This document shows, in pieces, positions 1-12,544 of a stretch of 64,000 nt of DNA (its first letter is position 1; every line of letters starts with the position of its first letter). The notes under the pieces were generated by a model that made no database searches, had not been told where the DNA came from, and saw nothing but the letters and a program-made list of their open reading frames with translations. A program made the position numbers and the translations under genes. Source of the stretch: Sphyrna mokarran (Eukaryota); contig JAGIQG010000028.1 of NCBI GenBank assembly GCA_024679065.1, forward strand, positions 19,716,001 through 19,780,000, written 5' to 3'.

Positions 1-136
1 GCGGCACCAAAGCACTTCGCCAGCAGATAAATGTAAAGTGATGAGTGCAGATGGCAAGACCAGTGAGGATGACAAGCCAAAGAAGAGTACTTTGTGTAAA
101 CAGATCGAGGGATGCAGGGAGGAGCTGCAATGCCAG
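1..136 (+). CDS. UBR4: UBR4 coding exon w1 (5'-partial)
   Basis: Frame from nt 2 reads RHQSTSPADKCKVMSADGKTSEDDKPKKSTLCKQIEGCREELQCQ, matching vertebrate UBR4 just after the UBR box. Donor is CAG|GTGGTG at 137, or GTG|GTGAGT at 140 (adds Val). Confidence 0.9.
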
Positions 137-1058
137 GTGGTGAGTACATTGTCCAAACGGAGAGACAAAGTCTGCTCAGGCAGTGTGCTATTTTGGAATC
201 GTTGGCCAATGAATTTGTAAGGCTTTTTGACATTGTCATAGTCTACTTCATTTTGAAGGATTTCAGAAGTAATCATTTTAGTTATATTAGCATCCAGGAA
301 CTCTTATCATTCTGCAAACTTTACACCAGAGGTCCCCTATGCCTTGTACAGTAACAGTAATAAGTTGTTGACATGCACAAATCAGGACTTGTTACATTTG
401 ATTTCTGGATCTATACTGTTTTTGCATTACCCGGGACAGCGCAGAAGACATATGAGATTAACAAAGGCTCTTGTTCTTGGTAGCTTCTGAGTGATACTAT
501 CTGGAAATTGCATGTGACCATGCGGAATAGCTTAGCAGCATCCAGTGTAAGGACAAATGGCCATTTGTATTTGACCCCCTTAAAATTTAGCTCTAACAAG
601 AGTCAATGACTTTTGGGAGGAAAAAAACTTAGTGGGGAAAATAAGATTATAGCACAGATAAAATTCCCTTCAATCCATAGTGCTTGTGCTAGTTCTGTGT
701 GGGTGTAATTATGTGACATTGTATTATGTGGCCTGGTGTGAGTGTATGTGTAGCTACGTGAAGTGGTTTTGTGTGTTTGGGGAAGTTATTCAACTTTAGT
801 TGCATGTTATTTTGTCACCTCAGTACTACTCCATGTGCGGTTGGATGTGTGGCAGTGCGGTTGAGATTTTTACTTGCCCTAACATATGTTCAATTGTCAG
901 TTTCACTTGAAAGCCAGAAGCCTTCACAAAGCCCCAGCAGTTGATTCCAGTAATAGGAAGTGTCCATCTCTCATCTTTTAGAGGGTGCAGTTCACTTTTT
1001 ATTGTGACTGAATATGTGTGTGTTTCAATGAGGCACTGGTTACTCTCTTTGCTGTCAA

Positions 1059-1261
1059 GATGCCGGCATTGGACTGGGGTAAACACAGTAAGAAGTCTGA
1101 CAACACCAGGTTTAAATCCAACCGATTTATTTGATAGTAAACTCACAAGCTTTTGACCCTCTGGTCTTTGTTCACCTGATGAAGACCACAGGGTCGAAAG
1201 CTTGTGAGCTTACTATCAAATAAATCAGTTGGATTTAAACCTGATGTTGTCAGACTTCTTA
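1059..1261. mobile_element. Penelope-type non-autonomous palindromic element
   Basis: About 80-bp inverted arms (1089-1168 vs 1181-1261) around a hammerhead core; related copy at 45569-45711. Confidence 0.75.
1170..1209 (+). ncRNA. Minimal type I hammerhead ribozyme motif
   Basis: Stem I GTTCAC/GTGAGC, core CTGATGA (1176-1182), stem II GACC-ACAG-GGTC, GAAA (1196-1199), palindromic stem III AAGCTT, predicted cleavage after CUU (1203). Confidence 0.65.
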
Positions 1262-1739
1262 TTTTTTCTGCTCTCATTGATCAATGCAGGGACACTGTGG
1301 AGAGGGGGAAATAGTTTAGAGGAGCAGTGTTTGCAAGTGATATGTCCAATGCTAATGCAGTTTTAAAATAATCTTAAGTTCTTTTAATTTTTTCAATGCT
1401 GAGAAACATTTTTGTTCTTTGCTTGATTTGAAATCAGTTTGTTGCCAGTTTCCGTTGCTGGTAGAGCTATGAAAATTTGGGTACCATTAACAAGTTTTGG
1501 CAATGTGTTTCCTGTTTTGTTGCTGTACTGACAACCTCTGAGCACTAACTAAACCTATTGAAAGGTGTTATCAAATTATTATTGGATCTTTAAAGGATAT
1601 TTGTATCTATGATGATTTGGGAATTCAAAGTGTGTCTAATATACAAATTTAATGTTTTAATAAGCTCGACTTAAATTCAGAGGGGAGAGTTAATGAATAA
1701 AAGTGGAAAGAATTGCAGATACACATGTGGCTAAGACTA

Positions 1740-2130
1740 AAGAACCATAGAATGCCTGCAACGCACATGTTTGCATCAACTCTCTGAAAGAGCATTCCAC
1801 TCGAGCTCTCCTTTCCGCCCTATCCTTCTAACACCAAGCATTTACCATGGTCAATCCTCTTAACCTGCATATCTTTGGATACTAAGAGCAGGAGTTTCTA
1901 GCCATGTTTGCCCATGACCGGAAAATCCTATCCAAGGTCTGCAGACCGTTGCGTGGTTTACGTCCTGCCCATTGTGATTCCCATGGTGGGCAAGACAGGA
2001 AAATTCTGCCCTAAGGGTCAATTTTGTGTGGTTAATCTGCTTAATTTGCACATCTTTGGATTGTGGGGGAAACTAGAGCATCCTGAGGAAACCCATGCTA
2101 ACACTGCAAGAATGAAAAACCCACGCATGT
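1740..2130 (-). mobile_element. HE1/V-SINE-type remnant (interrupted)
   Basis: catctttggattgtgggggaaactagagcatcctgaggaaacccatgc is the reverse complement of the V-SINE core; CR1-like tail near 1740. Confidence 0.55.
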
Positions 2131-2749
2131 AAAGACACATATTTCACACTACCAGACATTAGAATATATCATAGACATCTTGTGGTGTATGAGGATGGTC
2201 AGAGTGTAATTGCTATATATTGACTATTAACTGTAGAAAGTGTTTTTTTCCAATATAGTCTTGATGTGGTGCTCGTTAGGTGGTGTTCTGTGTCTTCACA
2301 TCAGATTACCTTGTCATTGAGACATTTGGGCAATGGGTGGATGTTAAGAGTACCTGAACTGCTCTGAGAAATATCAGTAGCACACCAGTAATATTGGCAT
2401 TGTCAGCTGGAATTGTACATGAATCAAGGAGCTCGTGTGGGAAAAATCAGTGTTTTTCTAATTTAGTTGGTTAAAATCATTGGAAGCTGTAGCTCAATAA
2501 TTGGTTTCCCCCCACCGCCCTCCAGTTGACATTTTCCCAGGAACGCTGCTGGTCATTGTGTTTACAAAAAGAGAAATATACACCTGACAAGATCAGCTTT
2601 CCTTTATGACCATACACGTGCAAGTCCTCTAATAATCTCCCTAGTAAATAAAGGAAAAGCCCCTTTTCATTTTTATAATGTGGATCAATGAGATAAAAGA
2701 TGGGAACACATCACTGGAACTTTTAGCATCAATAAATACATCAACATAC

Positions 2750-2870
2750 AGGGTCAACACAGAGTAAAGCTCCCTTTTATAGTGTTTCATCAATCATTCC
2801 CACAATAAGTACAGCATGGATTAAATGCAGAATCATGCATCCATCTGCACTGTCCCATCAAACACTTTTG
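2750..2870 (-). repeat. About 65-bp dispersed tandem repeat, two degenerate units
   Basis: agagtaaagctccc...ctgtcccatcaaacact; same family in opposite orientation at 45720-45830. Confidence 0.5.
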
Positions 2871-2879
2871 TGTCAAATC

Positions 2880-3185
2880 TAATCACTTAAAAACACCTCA
2901 TTTCAGTCATCCTTTAACCTTCTAAATTCAAATGAATATAAATGTAGTCTATGCAATCTGCCCCATGATTTACAGTCCAGTGAATCTGCTATGCACTCTT
3001 CCAATACCAGTGTGTCCTTCCTGAGTTCCAGTGCCCAGAATTGATAATGTACTACAGATAGGATCTGACCAGGGCTCTGTACAGTTGTAACTATAACTTG
3101 ACCCCTTTGTATTCCAGTCTCTTTGAGACAAAAAACAATGTTCCATTACTATTTTAAAATATTTTTTGCACCTGTCCACTTATGA
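2880..3185 (-). mobile_element. CR1 LINE fragment
   Basis: Degenerate RT C-terminus (LYRALVRSHL-YIINSGHWN-like). Confidence 0.6.
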
Positions 3186-3461
3186 TTTTTTTTTTTATAT
3201 ATGCTTGCTATACATCCATAGTTTTGAGCTTCTTGCACTTGGTCAGTGGCAGCTTGGTTGAGATTATGCAGGGTAATTTCACATCAGATTCTTAAAATCA
3301 ACAGAGACTTTCATCTCAGCAGCTTGGGTTGGATTCACCCCAGATTCCAAATGGGAAATAACCCATCTCTTAATCCATTGCATCAATTTCTTCATCTGCC
3401 TAAGTTAGGAGGACTTAGTTGTTGTCTATCTTCTAACTTTGTTCCTCTTCCCATTTCCCAG

Positions 3462-3632
3462 TCTGGTTGCTGTACTGCTGGGTTGGTCCTCGATATGCTC
3501 GTCTTCCTGATGGATGCTATCCAGACAAATTTCCAACAAGCCTCAGCAGTTGGCAGCAGCAGCCGGGCCCAGCAGGCACTTGATGATCTACATACAATGG
3601 AGAAGAACATGGAAATGACTGACCAGCTGATG
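3462..3632 (+). CDS. UBR4: UBR4 exon w2
   Basis: ttcccag| SGCCTAGLVLDML...AIQTNFQQASAVGSSSRAQQAL...EMTDQLM |gtacgc; 171 nt, phase 0-0. Confidence 0.95.
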
Positions 3633-4367
3633 GTACGCCCTGGAACTGGAAATGGAGTGTTAAGGGTTAGAAAGTGTTTGGTACAGTAATTAAATATGAT
3701 GAGTGATGTAATGCTGTGTAATATATGTGAACTGTGATATTCCTCTGTAACAAGCAGCAAAAAAATTCACTATCATACAAAGCTAAATCATATGGTGCAA
3801 ACCACTCCAATCATATAATTTGGTTGTTAGACATCATATTGTGCTAGCAGTAAACAGAAACCTGTGTGTAATTCATTTATACACCAATTGTTGCAAAGTA
3901 GTGACACGTTACAGGGTTGAATTAATGTCCTCCGTGAGGGCGAAGCTTGGCGAATTCTTCCACCTTTACTTTATCATGCAGCTCCCATTGCCTTACTGTT
4001 TGGTTCTGATTGTTTTCCTGGAAGTATAAAGAGATAGAGGAGAATGGCAGGAATAGATTGTGGTATTTATCTTGAGGGGCAAATTACATTACTAATAGTG
4101 TGTTGCAGGGCAGTCTGTGGTAGAGTAACTGCTGTTGGAGGAATTCTGACAGTTCTGCTCCTCACATTTAGAACAGTTTTGTTCATTGCACTTTTTTTTA
4201 ACCAAGTGGGGTGGGAATGTTTAAACGTCGTTTGTATTCTGTCTAATTTGAGCTATTGCTTGCTTCTCAGTTTTGTCTTGCTTCTTTTAAGATTTGTTTC
4301 CATGAGAATTATTCAAGTTGGGATCTTGGTGTTCTGATGCTTCTAACTGAATGTTTTGATCTTGTAG

Positions 4368-4550
4368 GTTCCAACCCTGGGTTCTCAGGAAGGGGCCTTT
4401 GAGAATGTGCGGATGAACTACAGTGGAGATCAAGGGCAGACAATCCGGCAGCTAATCAGTGCACATGTGCTGCGTCGTGTAGCAATGTGCGTCCTCTCAT
4501 CTCCACATGGCCGGCGACAGCACCTGGCTGTTAGCCACGAAAAGGGAAAG
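4368..4550 (+). CDS. UBR4: UBR4 exon w3
   Basis: ttgtag| [41 protein letters not shown]...LAVSHEKGK |gtacgt; not in the ORF track. Confidence 0.96.
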
Positions 4551-4904
4551 GTACGTTCCATTATCACATTTAGTTTTTGAATGTCCCCTGGAATGGAATT
4601 TACTGTAACTCACTTCTTGGACAATTTCTGTATGCTGTGAGTGACACTGACAAGGCCACACAACATTTAGAATTGACAACTGGGTAGTTTGCAAGGCAGC
4701 CACATATGGTACTGATGTCATGTATAGAACAGTCAAGACATTGACATTCTCCTAATGGATATTAATAAACTTGATTAGATTTTTTAAATAAACCTGGCAG
4801 GTGCTGTTCTACAAGTTGCTTGATCTATCAAATTCAGTTTCACAATTTGTTTGCATTTGGATTTGAACTAATGGCCAGAACAAATTGAGCTTGTCTAGTA
4901 CATA

Positions 4905-5110
4905 GGGACATACAAAATAAGAGCAGAAATAGTCCAGTCAGCTTGGTGAGCCTGCTTCGCTATTTAGTAAGATCGTGGCTGATCTGTTGGTGTTTTAAAT
5001 TCTATGTTGTCATCTGTTCCCAATAACCTTTGATTCTCTTGTCTAACAATAATCCTAACTACCTCCATCTTAAAAATATTAAATTATCCCACCTTTTGTG
5101 GCAGAGTACC
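4905..5110 (-). mobile_element. CR1 3' end fragment
   Basis: aaataagagcagaaatag...agatcgtggctgatctg matches the CR1 3'UTR also seen at 38880 and 51495. Confidence 0.55.
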
Positions 5111-5414
5111 GCTAATGTAGAAAGGCATAAGAAAAGAATGTGCTGAATGAGAAAATATATTTGGATGGATAAATGGGAACTAGATCAGATGTAAACTTTT
5201 GAGAAGACTTAAAATAGGAGAAATAGATGAAAAGGCAGAGTTTTACAGAGGGAATTCTAATGTTTGGTGTCTTAGGCTTTGAAGGACAGCTGTCAGCACT
5301 AGACAAAAGGAGGCTAGAATTGGAGGAGTAGAGAGTTTATGGTCATAATTGAATGGCTGAAGAGATTATAAGGCGAGACAATGAATGAATTTGAAAACAA
5401 TGATGAGAATTTCA

Positions 5415-5520
5415 AACAGCAGTATGGGTTGACTCTCAGCTGTCCTTGGGCAGTTAGGAGTAGGCAATAAATGCTGGCCAGTCAGTGACACCCACATCCC
5501 ATGATGAATTAAACAAAAAA
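5415..5520 (+). mobile_element. SINE 3' tail fragment (family of 24195-24535)
   Basis: gggcagttaggagtaggcaataaatgctggccagtcagtgacacccacatcccatga followed by an A-rich end. Confidence 0.6.
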
Positions 5521-5563
5521 GTTGGGAGACCAGGAAGCAGTGTAGAAACAGAAGATAGCAAGG

Positions 5564-8411
5564 ATAGAACATAGAACACTACAGCGCAGAACAGGCCCTT
5601 CGGCCTTCGATGTTGCGCCGACCAATTATGAAAAAAGCAATGACCCTCCAAACTAAACCATTCCCTTCTCTTCCATAAACTTATCAACTAACCTCTTAAA
5701 CGCCACCAAACTTGGCGCATCTACAACTGCCGCAGGCAGGGCATTCCACTCCCTAACTACCCTCTGGGTAAAGAACCTACCTCTGATATCCGTCCTATAA
5801 CTATCACCCCTTAATTTAAAGCTGTGTCCCCTCGTGCTAGCTTTCTCCATCCTAGGAAAAAGGCTATCACTGTCCACCCTATCTAAACCTCTAATCATCT
5901 TATATGTTTCAATAAGGTCCCCTCTTAGCCGCCTCCTTTCTAACGAAAACAACCTCAAATCCCTCAACCTCTCTTCATAAGACCTGCCCTCCATACCAGG
6001 CAACATCCTGGTAAACCTCCTCTGTACCCTCTCCAATGCCTCCACATCTTTCTTATAATGTGGGGACCAGAACTGCACACAATACTCCAAGTGCGGCCGC
6101 ACTAGAGTTTTGTACAGTTGCAACATGACGTTGCGGCTCCGAAATTCAATCCCCCTACCAATAAAAGCTAAGACTCCATATGCCTTCTTAACAACCTTAT
6201 CGACTTGACTGCCTACTTTCAGGGATCTATGCACAAATACACCAAGATCCCTCTGTTCATCAACACTATTAAGAATCCTACCATTAGCCCTATACTCTAC
6301 ACATTTATTATTCCTGCCAAAGTGCATTACCTCACACTTTTCCACATTAAACTCCATTTGCCACCTCTCGGCCCAGCTCTGCAACTTGTCCAAGTCTCTC
6401 TGCAAACTATAACACCCCTCTTCACTATCTACCACTCCACCGACTTTAGTGTCATCCGCAAATTTACTAATCCATCCTTCAATACCCTCATCCAGATCAT
6501 TTATAAAAATTACAAACAGCAGGGGCCCCAAAACAGACCCCTGAGGTACACCACTTGTCACCGAACTCCACGATGAATATCTCCCATCAACCACCACCCT
6601 CTGTCTTCTATCTGCTAGCCAATTCCTAATCCAATTAGCTAAATCACCCTCTATCCCATACATCTGCATTTTCTGCAGAAGCCTTCCATGGGATACCTTA
6701 TCGAATGCCTTACTAAAGTCCATATATACCACATCAACTGCCTTACCTCCATCCACCTGTTTGGTCACTTTTTCAAAAAACTCAATAAGATTAGTAAGGC
6801 ACGACCTACCCTTCACAAAACCATGCTGACTATCCCCAATCAATTCATTTCTCTCTAAATAACTATAAATCCTATCCCTAATAATTCTCTCCAATACTTT
6901 GCCCACAACAGAAGTAAGACTCACTGGCCTATAATTCCCTGGAAGGTCTCTCTTCCCCTTCTTGAACAATGGGACCACATTCGCTATCCTCCAGTCCTCC
7001 GGAACCACACCCGTAACCAACGACGACCTGAAGATCAGAGCCAGAGGCTCTGCAATCTCCTCTCTTGCCTCCCAGAGAATCCTAGGGTAAATCCCGTCCG
7101 GCCCAGGGGACTTATCCAACTTCAAACCCTCGAGAATATCTAGCACATCCTCTCTATCTACTTCAATACTTTCCAGTTTGCAACCCTGTACCTCAGTGTT
7201 CTCCATAACTACATTTACATCACCCTGCGTGAATACCGAAGAGAAATATTTATTCAGTGCCTCTCCAATCTCTTCAGGCTCCACGCACAACTTCCCACTG
7301 CTGTCTATGACTGGCCCTAATCTTGCCCTAACCAATCTTCTATTCTTAACATATCTAAAGAAAGCTTTAGGATTCTCCTTAATCCTATCAGCCAAAGTCT
7401 TCTCGTGTCCCCTCTTAGCTCTCCTCAACTCACTCTTTAGCTCCCTCCTGGCTAATCTATAGCTATCCATTGCACTAACTGAGCCTTCAAGCCTCATCCT
7501 GACATAAGCCTCCTTTTCCCTTTTAACCAGCGAATCAACTTTTTTCGTACACCAAGGTTCCCTTACTCGACCATTTCCTCCTTGCCTGACAGGGACATAC
7601 TTATCAAGGACTCGCAGTAGCTGCTCCTTGAATAAGCTCCACATTTCAGATGTTCCCAGACCCTGTAGTTTCCTAGTCCAACCTATGCACCCTAATTCTC
7701 TCCTTATTGCCTCATAATTACCCTTCCCCCAGCTATAACTACTGCTCCCAGCTTCATGCCTATCCCTATCCATCACTAAGGTGAATGTAACCGAATTGTG
7801 ATCACTATCACCAAAATGTTCACCATCTTCCAAGTCTAACACCTGGTCTGGCTCATTGCCCAGCACCAAATCCAATGTAGCCTCACCTCCAGTTGGCCTA
7901 TCTACATACTGAGTCAAAAAACCTTCCTGCACACTTTGTACGAAAACTGACCCCTCTAATGAGCTAGAGCTATAGCTATTCCAATCAATATTAGTAAAGT
8001 TAAAGTCCCCCATAACAATTACCCTATTACTTTCACTCCTGTCCAGGATCGACTTTGCAATCCTTTCCTCTACCTCTCTAGAACTTTTAGGAGGTCTATA
8101 AAAGACTCCAACAGGGTGACCTCTCCTCTCCTGTTTCTAATCTCAGCCCATACTACCTCAACAGACAAGTCCTCATCAAACTTCTTTTCTGTCACTGTGA
8201 TACAGTCTTTGACTAATAATGCCACTCCTCCCCCCCTTCTACCTCCTTCTCTACTCCGACTAAAGCATTTGAACCCCGGAACCTGCAACATCCATTCTTG
8301 TCCCTGCTCTACCCAAGTCTCTGAAATGGCCACAACATCGAAGTTCCAGGTACTGGTCCAAGCTGCAAGTTCCTCCATCTTATTGCGAATACTTCTTGCA
8401 TTAAAGTATGC
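5564..8411 (-). mobile_element. CR1 LINE, 5'-truncated at the ORF2 start, ORF2 nearly intact
   Basis: APE endonuclease motifs (YFNARSI, VAISETW, MGDFN, SDHN), RT motifs (YRPVSLTS, GVPQGSVLGP, FADDTK), CR1 C-terminus LVRPHLEYCVQFWSP, and a (GTTCTAT)n 3' tail. Confidence 0.97.
5653..8411 (-). pseudogene. CR1 ORF2 (endonuclease + reverse transcriptase) with one frameshift near 8108
   Basis: ORFs 8070-8378 and 5653-8013 join if one G is restored in VTLL(G)VFYRPP; no other stops. Confidence 0.9.
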
Positions 8412-8841
8412 AAGAAGTAAATGAGTAAATGAAATTAGATGTGGAATGATCTTAGTTCAACAGTAGTTTGGATGTGTTAATGTTTAAAGAGTTAGAAAGG
8501 AAGCCAAGTCAGGAGAACATTGGAAAACTTGTCAGAGCATTGATAAGGCATTCAGCAGCAGTTGGGTTGGAGCAGGGGCAGAGATGCACAGTGCTATGGA
8601 CGTGTTAGAGTTTTTTTTGTGATGAAGAGGATATAGAGTTGGAACCTCATCTCAGGGTCCAACTTGATGCCAGTGGTGTGAAGTCTAGTTTAATTTGAGA
8701 CCGTTCCCAAGGAAAGACATGGAATCAGAAACTTATCCAAGACTGTATATCAAACAGACAATCCATTGGAGGTCCAATTTTTGCAAAGAATGCAATCACA
8801 TCTTTATTCTGACTTGACACCGTTTTATTTCATTGTCATAG

Positions 8842-9000
8842 ATCACAGTACTCCAATTGTCAGCCTTACTCAAACAGGCTGACTCAAGCAAACGAAAACT
8901 GACATTGACTCGTCTAGCTTCAGCTCCAGTTCCTTTCACTGTTCTGAGTCTGACTGGAAACCCATGTAATGAGGATTACCTCGCTGTGTGTGGTCTCAAG
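8842..9000 (+). CDS. UBR4: UBR4 exon w4 (beta-propeller region)
   Basis: catag| [53 protein letters not shown] |gtaagt. Confidence 0.96.
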
Positions 9001-9134
9001 GTAAGTGAAGCCTGAAACCTTCAGAAAGCCAGATCTTTTGTTGAATTTGTTTAGATGAGATGGCGTCCCTGCCTCTAGATATACAATCCCATTTAGTTTA
9101 CAGACACAAATCGTTGAACAATTTGGCATGTCTG

Positions 9135-9555
9135 TTTTTGAAAGAAGGATGCAAATTCCTTGGCTTTATAAATACAGGCATAGAGTACAAAACCAAGAAA
9201 GCTATGTTAAACATTGAGAAATCACCATCGGCTCTCAGCTGGATTTGTGTGTCCAGTTCTGGGTTTTGCTTTTAAGGAGGATATAAAAACCTGAGAGAGG
9301 GTGCAGAGAATACTATCGAAGACGAGGGACTTCAGTTACAAGAGAAGCTGGGATTGCTTCTCTTAGAGTGGAAAAGTTAAGGGGGAGATTTAATAGTGGT
9401 GTTCAAAATTGAGGTGTTTCGATAGAGAAGTGTACCTACTGAGAATAGAGTTGGCAATCAGGGGATTCAGTTTTAATATAATTGATCAAATGTCAGAGAG
9501 AAATGGTTGTTTTTACATAGTGGGTTATTATAATCTGGAATGTATTGCCTGAAAC
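9135..9555 (+). mobile_element. Old CR1 fragment
   Basis: ggctttataaatacaggcatagagtacaaaa...cagctggatttgtgtgtccagttctggg (degenerate PHLEYCVQFW). Confidence 0.7.
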
Positions 9556-10156
9556 CTAGTTTTTTTTTTAGCCTTTGTATGCTTGAAGTTCACTCATTTC
9601 TTACCTTTTTGCTTCACTTTAAGTGCTGCCCTGTCACGTTTGTTGAAAATCACAAATTCAGAACATCTTGTTGGAAACAACATGATGCTGTGATGGAAAG
9701 CACAGTCTTCCGGAAAGATATCAGATGTCATCGCTGATTAGTACTCCCTCTAGTGATTATTTTGACATTTGAAGGAGGACAGGATCAGACTGGTTGTGTT
9801 GACTGCTCAGTGAATTAGTTGCTCAGCTTATGCCTAATTTCATGTGTGAATATGATTCTTTGGATAAGGGCCCAGATCATTACTGTTGACCATGGAGCCA
9901 CGCTCCAACATAAGTAAACATGTTGGGGAAGGATTTTTTAAACTGCTACCACTCTACCATTCAAAATTCCCTGGCTGACAGGGTAATATTGGTAACTAAC
10001 AAGCGATCTCAGTCACGTTCCAGATATTTCCTAGCAGACATATGTGGATCACTTGTTTTACTTCTCAGGATCATCTCATGAGCCATTCCATGTTTAACAT
10101 TTTAATATAAACTGATGGTTTCACAATGTTGTAATCTGTATGTACTCATTCTCCAG

Positions 10157-10309
10157 GACTGTCATGTTCTGACATTCAGCAATTCAGGATCAGTCTCCGA
10201 TCACCTTGTTCTCCATCCACAACTTGCCACTGGTAACTTTATCATTAAAGCAGTGTGGTTGCCCGGATCACAGACAGAGCTTGCAATTATAACAGCAGAT
10301 TTTGTTAAG
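10157..10309 (+). CDS. UBR4: UBR4 exon w5
   Basis: ctccag| [51 protein letters not shown] |gtaaga. Confidence 0.96.
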
Positions 10310-11102
10310 GTAAGACTGGGGTAGCAGAGTAAAATCTTTTTGCTGCTCTGCATTTCTCTTCCATCATGATCTTGTGCATTTCCATTTTGTAATGGAATGT
10401 ATGTTGCTGAAAAGGCATGTTCATTCCTATCTTGTATATGTTGGCCTTCGTTCTAGTGACTGGTGCCAAAGATGGAGAATAGAACTTTTCCTAATTGGGC
10501 CACCCTTTGTTGGCTTCAAGCACTCCTGGATCAAGCATAAAATACAATCAGGTTGATCTATTTTCTGTGCAGAAAAAGAACCCTAGCATGTCCCTGAATC
10601 TTTCTATGGTCTGCACAAACTTTCCTTATGTTGAATTAATGGAAAATTCATTTGCTGCAGACTATCCAAAAGCCGGGTTGTGACTCCTCAAACTCATTTA
10701 TTTCAGGACTATCGCAGCTTACAGTGAACGTATCTCTGCACTGTTATACAACCAAGTTCCTGGAGTAGCAAGTGCACTAGTTGCTATGCCATCTGGTACC
10801 CAAAGGAAGGAAGTTGAATATTGGTTGCCCCTTTTCTATATCCCTGAGTGGCAGCATGGTACCAAAACTGTATTATTCTGCAAAGTAATAATTTACCATG
10901 ATCTGAGACAAATACAATATTCGGAACATATGGCATATGGAAAAAAAAAGTTCCATTAAATACTTGTCAAAACACAAGTGTTGGCTTAGCTCTCCTTAAA
11001 TAATGAAATATTGCAACACAAACTGCTTCATCAAAAACACATGCATTTGTCAGATGCATTTTGAAGTTCCTTCACTAGTTGTAACTTCACCTCTGCTCGC
11101 AG

Positions 11103-11330
11103 GTTTATGACTTGTCCAGTGATGCTTTGAGTCCAATGTACTATTTCCTTTTGCCGAGCTCAAAGATCCGCGACACGACATTTTTGTTCAATGAAGAAGG
11201 GAAGAGTATCATTGTTATCATGTCTTCGGCTGGTTATATCTATACCCAAGTGATGGAAGAAGCAAGCAGTGCTCAGCACGGACCTTTCTACGTTACCAAT
11301 GTGCTTGAAATCACACACGAGGATCTGAAG
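11103..11330 (+). CDS. UBR4: UBR4 exon w6
   Basis: tcgcag| VYDLSSDALSPMYYFLLPSSKIRD...GPFYVTNVLEITHEDLK |gtttgt. Confidence 0.96.
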
Positions 11331-12544
11331 GTTTGTGAAGCATGTTTAAATAGAGTTTTGTACATTGTGCTTACTTTATGCAAATATAACATTTTCTGTT
11401 TTCTAGTTAGTGATGGCATCATGGAAATCTTGTTCAATCGAATATCACTGAACTGGAAAGTGATGAAACTCAAGTTGCTAGAATTACTCAGCTTGGAATT
11501 AGAATTGGGTTGTCTGAGATAGTAACTGAGGGCTGACAAGGGAAATAACTTGCTGTCCCTACCTGGTCACCTCTGTGTGACTCTCAAAGCTACTAGAAAT
11601 AAACAGTAAATATTGTTTTACCATTCTCACCCATATCCTAACAAATTCTAATGCCCTCCAGTATTTTGGTTGCTAGGTTACTAATGAAGCTATCATGAAC
11701 TTTGGCCTTAAAAAAATTTGAATTTATATGGTGCTTTTTATCACTTTGGAATGTCCCAAAGTCCTGTACAACTAATTAACTACCTTTTGAAGTGCAGCTG
11801 CTGTTGTAATGTGGGAAACATATAATATTGTCTGACTTCACAAACATCATAAACTTAGAATCATGTGTTGTATTTTCATAACCCAAATAAAAATATCAAA
11901 TTTGGAAAAGGAAGGTGCTGATCGTAAACCTCTTCAAATAATCTTAGTACATATTGATAGCAGTGACTATCAGTTGCATTAAACAGCTATGTCCTGTTTA
12001 ATGTAGAAATTATCTGGTGAGGCATCCTATTCTGAACATTCTTAGTTCATAGTTAGATAAGGACAGCTATCGCCTGAGAAACCTTTTGCTGCAAACTGTC
12101 TTTCAACCATTGAGCAAAAGTTCTAAACATAACTTCTGCTCCCCTTTTGTGTTAAGGATTGATCCATCAAGCTACCAAACCAAGCCCCTGCTTTATGTTG
12201 GTGCCACATTGTTGAGCTACTTAGTCTCAGATTATTGTTTCCAGTTAATTTGATGCACTAGTACATAAGGCCTTCCAAACAGCACTTTTATAAGTAAATA
12301 AGAGTAAAACATTGTTGTTGGAATATTATGTTTTTATGGCAAAGTGAATAACATACACGAGTGCAAATAAATATTTAGATGCAACAGTGAGCCTGTAGAT
12401 AACTAAGAACATTTAAGATAAGGAGATGGTGATGGAAAAGAGTATCTAGGTGCGCTTGTTAAACCAAACGGCCATTTCTGTTTTAATTTCAACACAAGTT
12501 TGTATAGTGGTGCTTAAGCTTACAAAAATGTTTATTTTCATTAT

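Noticed and set aside
6205-7462. Plus-strand ORFs 6205-6576 and 7178-7462 (also 8116-8424)
   Set aside because: Antisense shadows of the CR1 ORF2 with no independent protein features.
9680-9740. Possible C/D-box snoRNA (TGATG...CTGA)
   Set aside because: Box C is imperfect, the length is short, and I see no terminal stem or recognisable rRNA guide.
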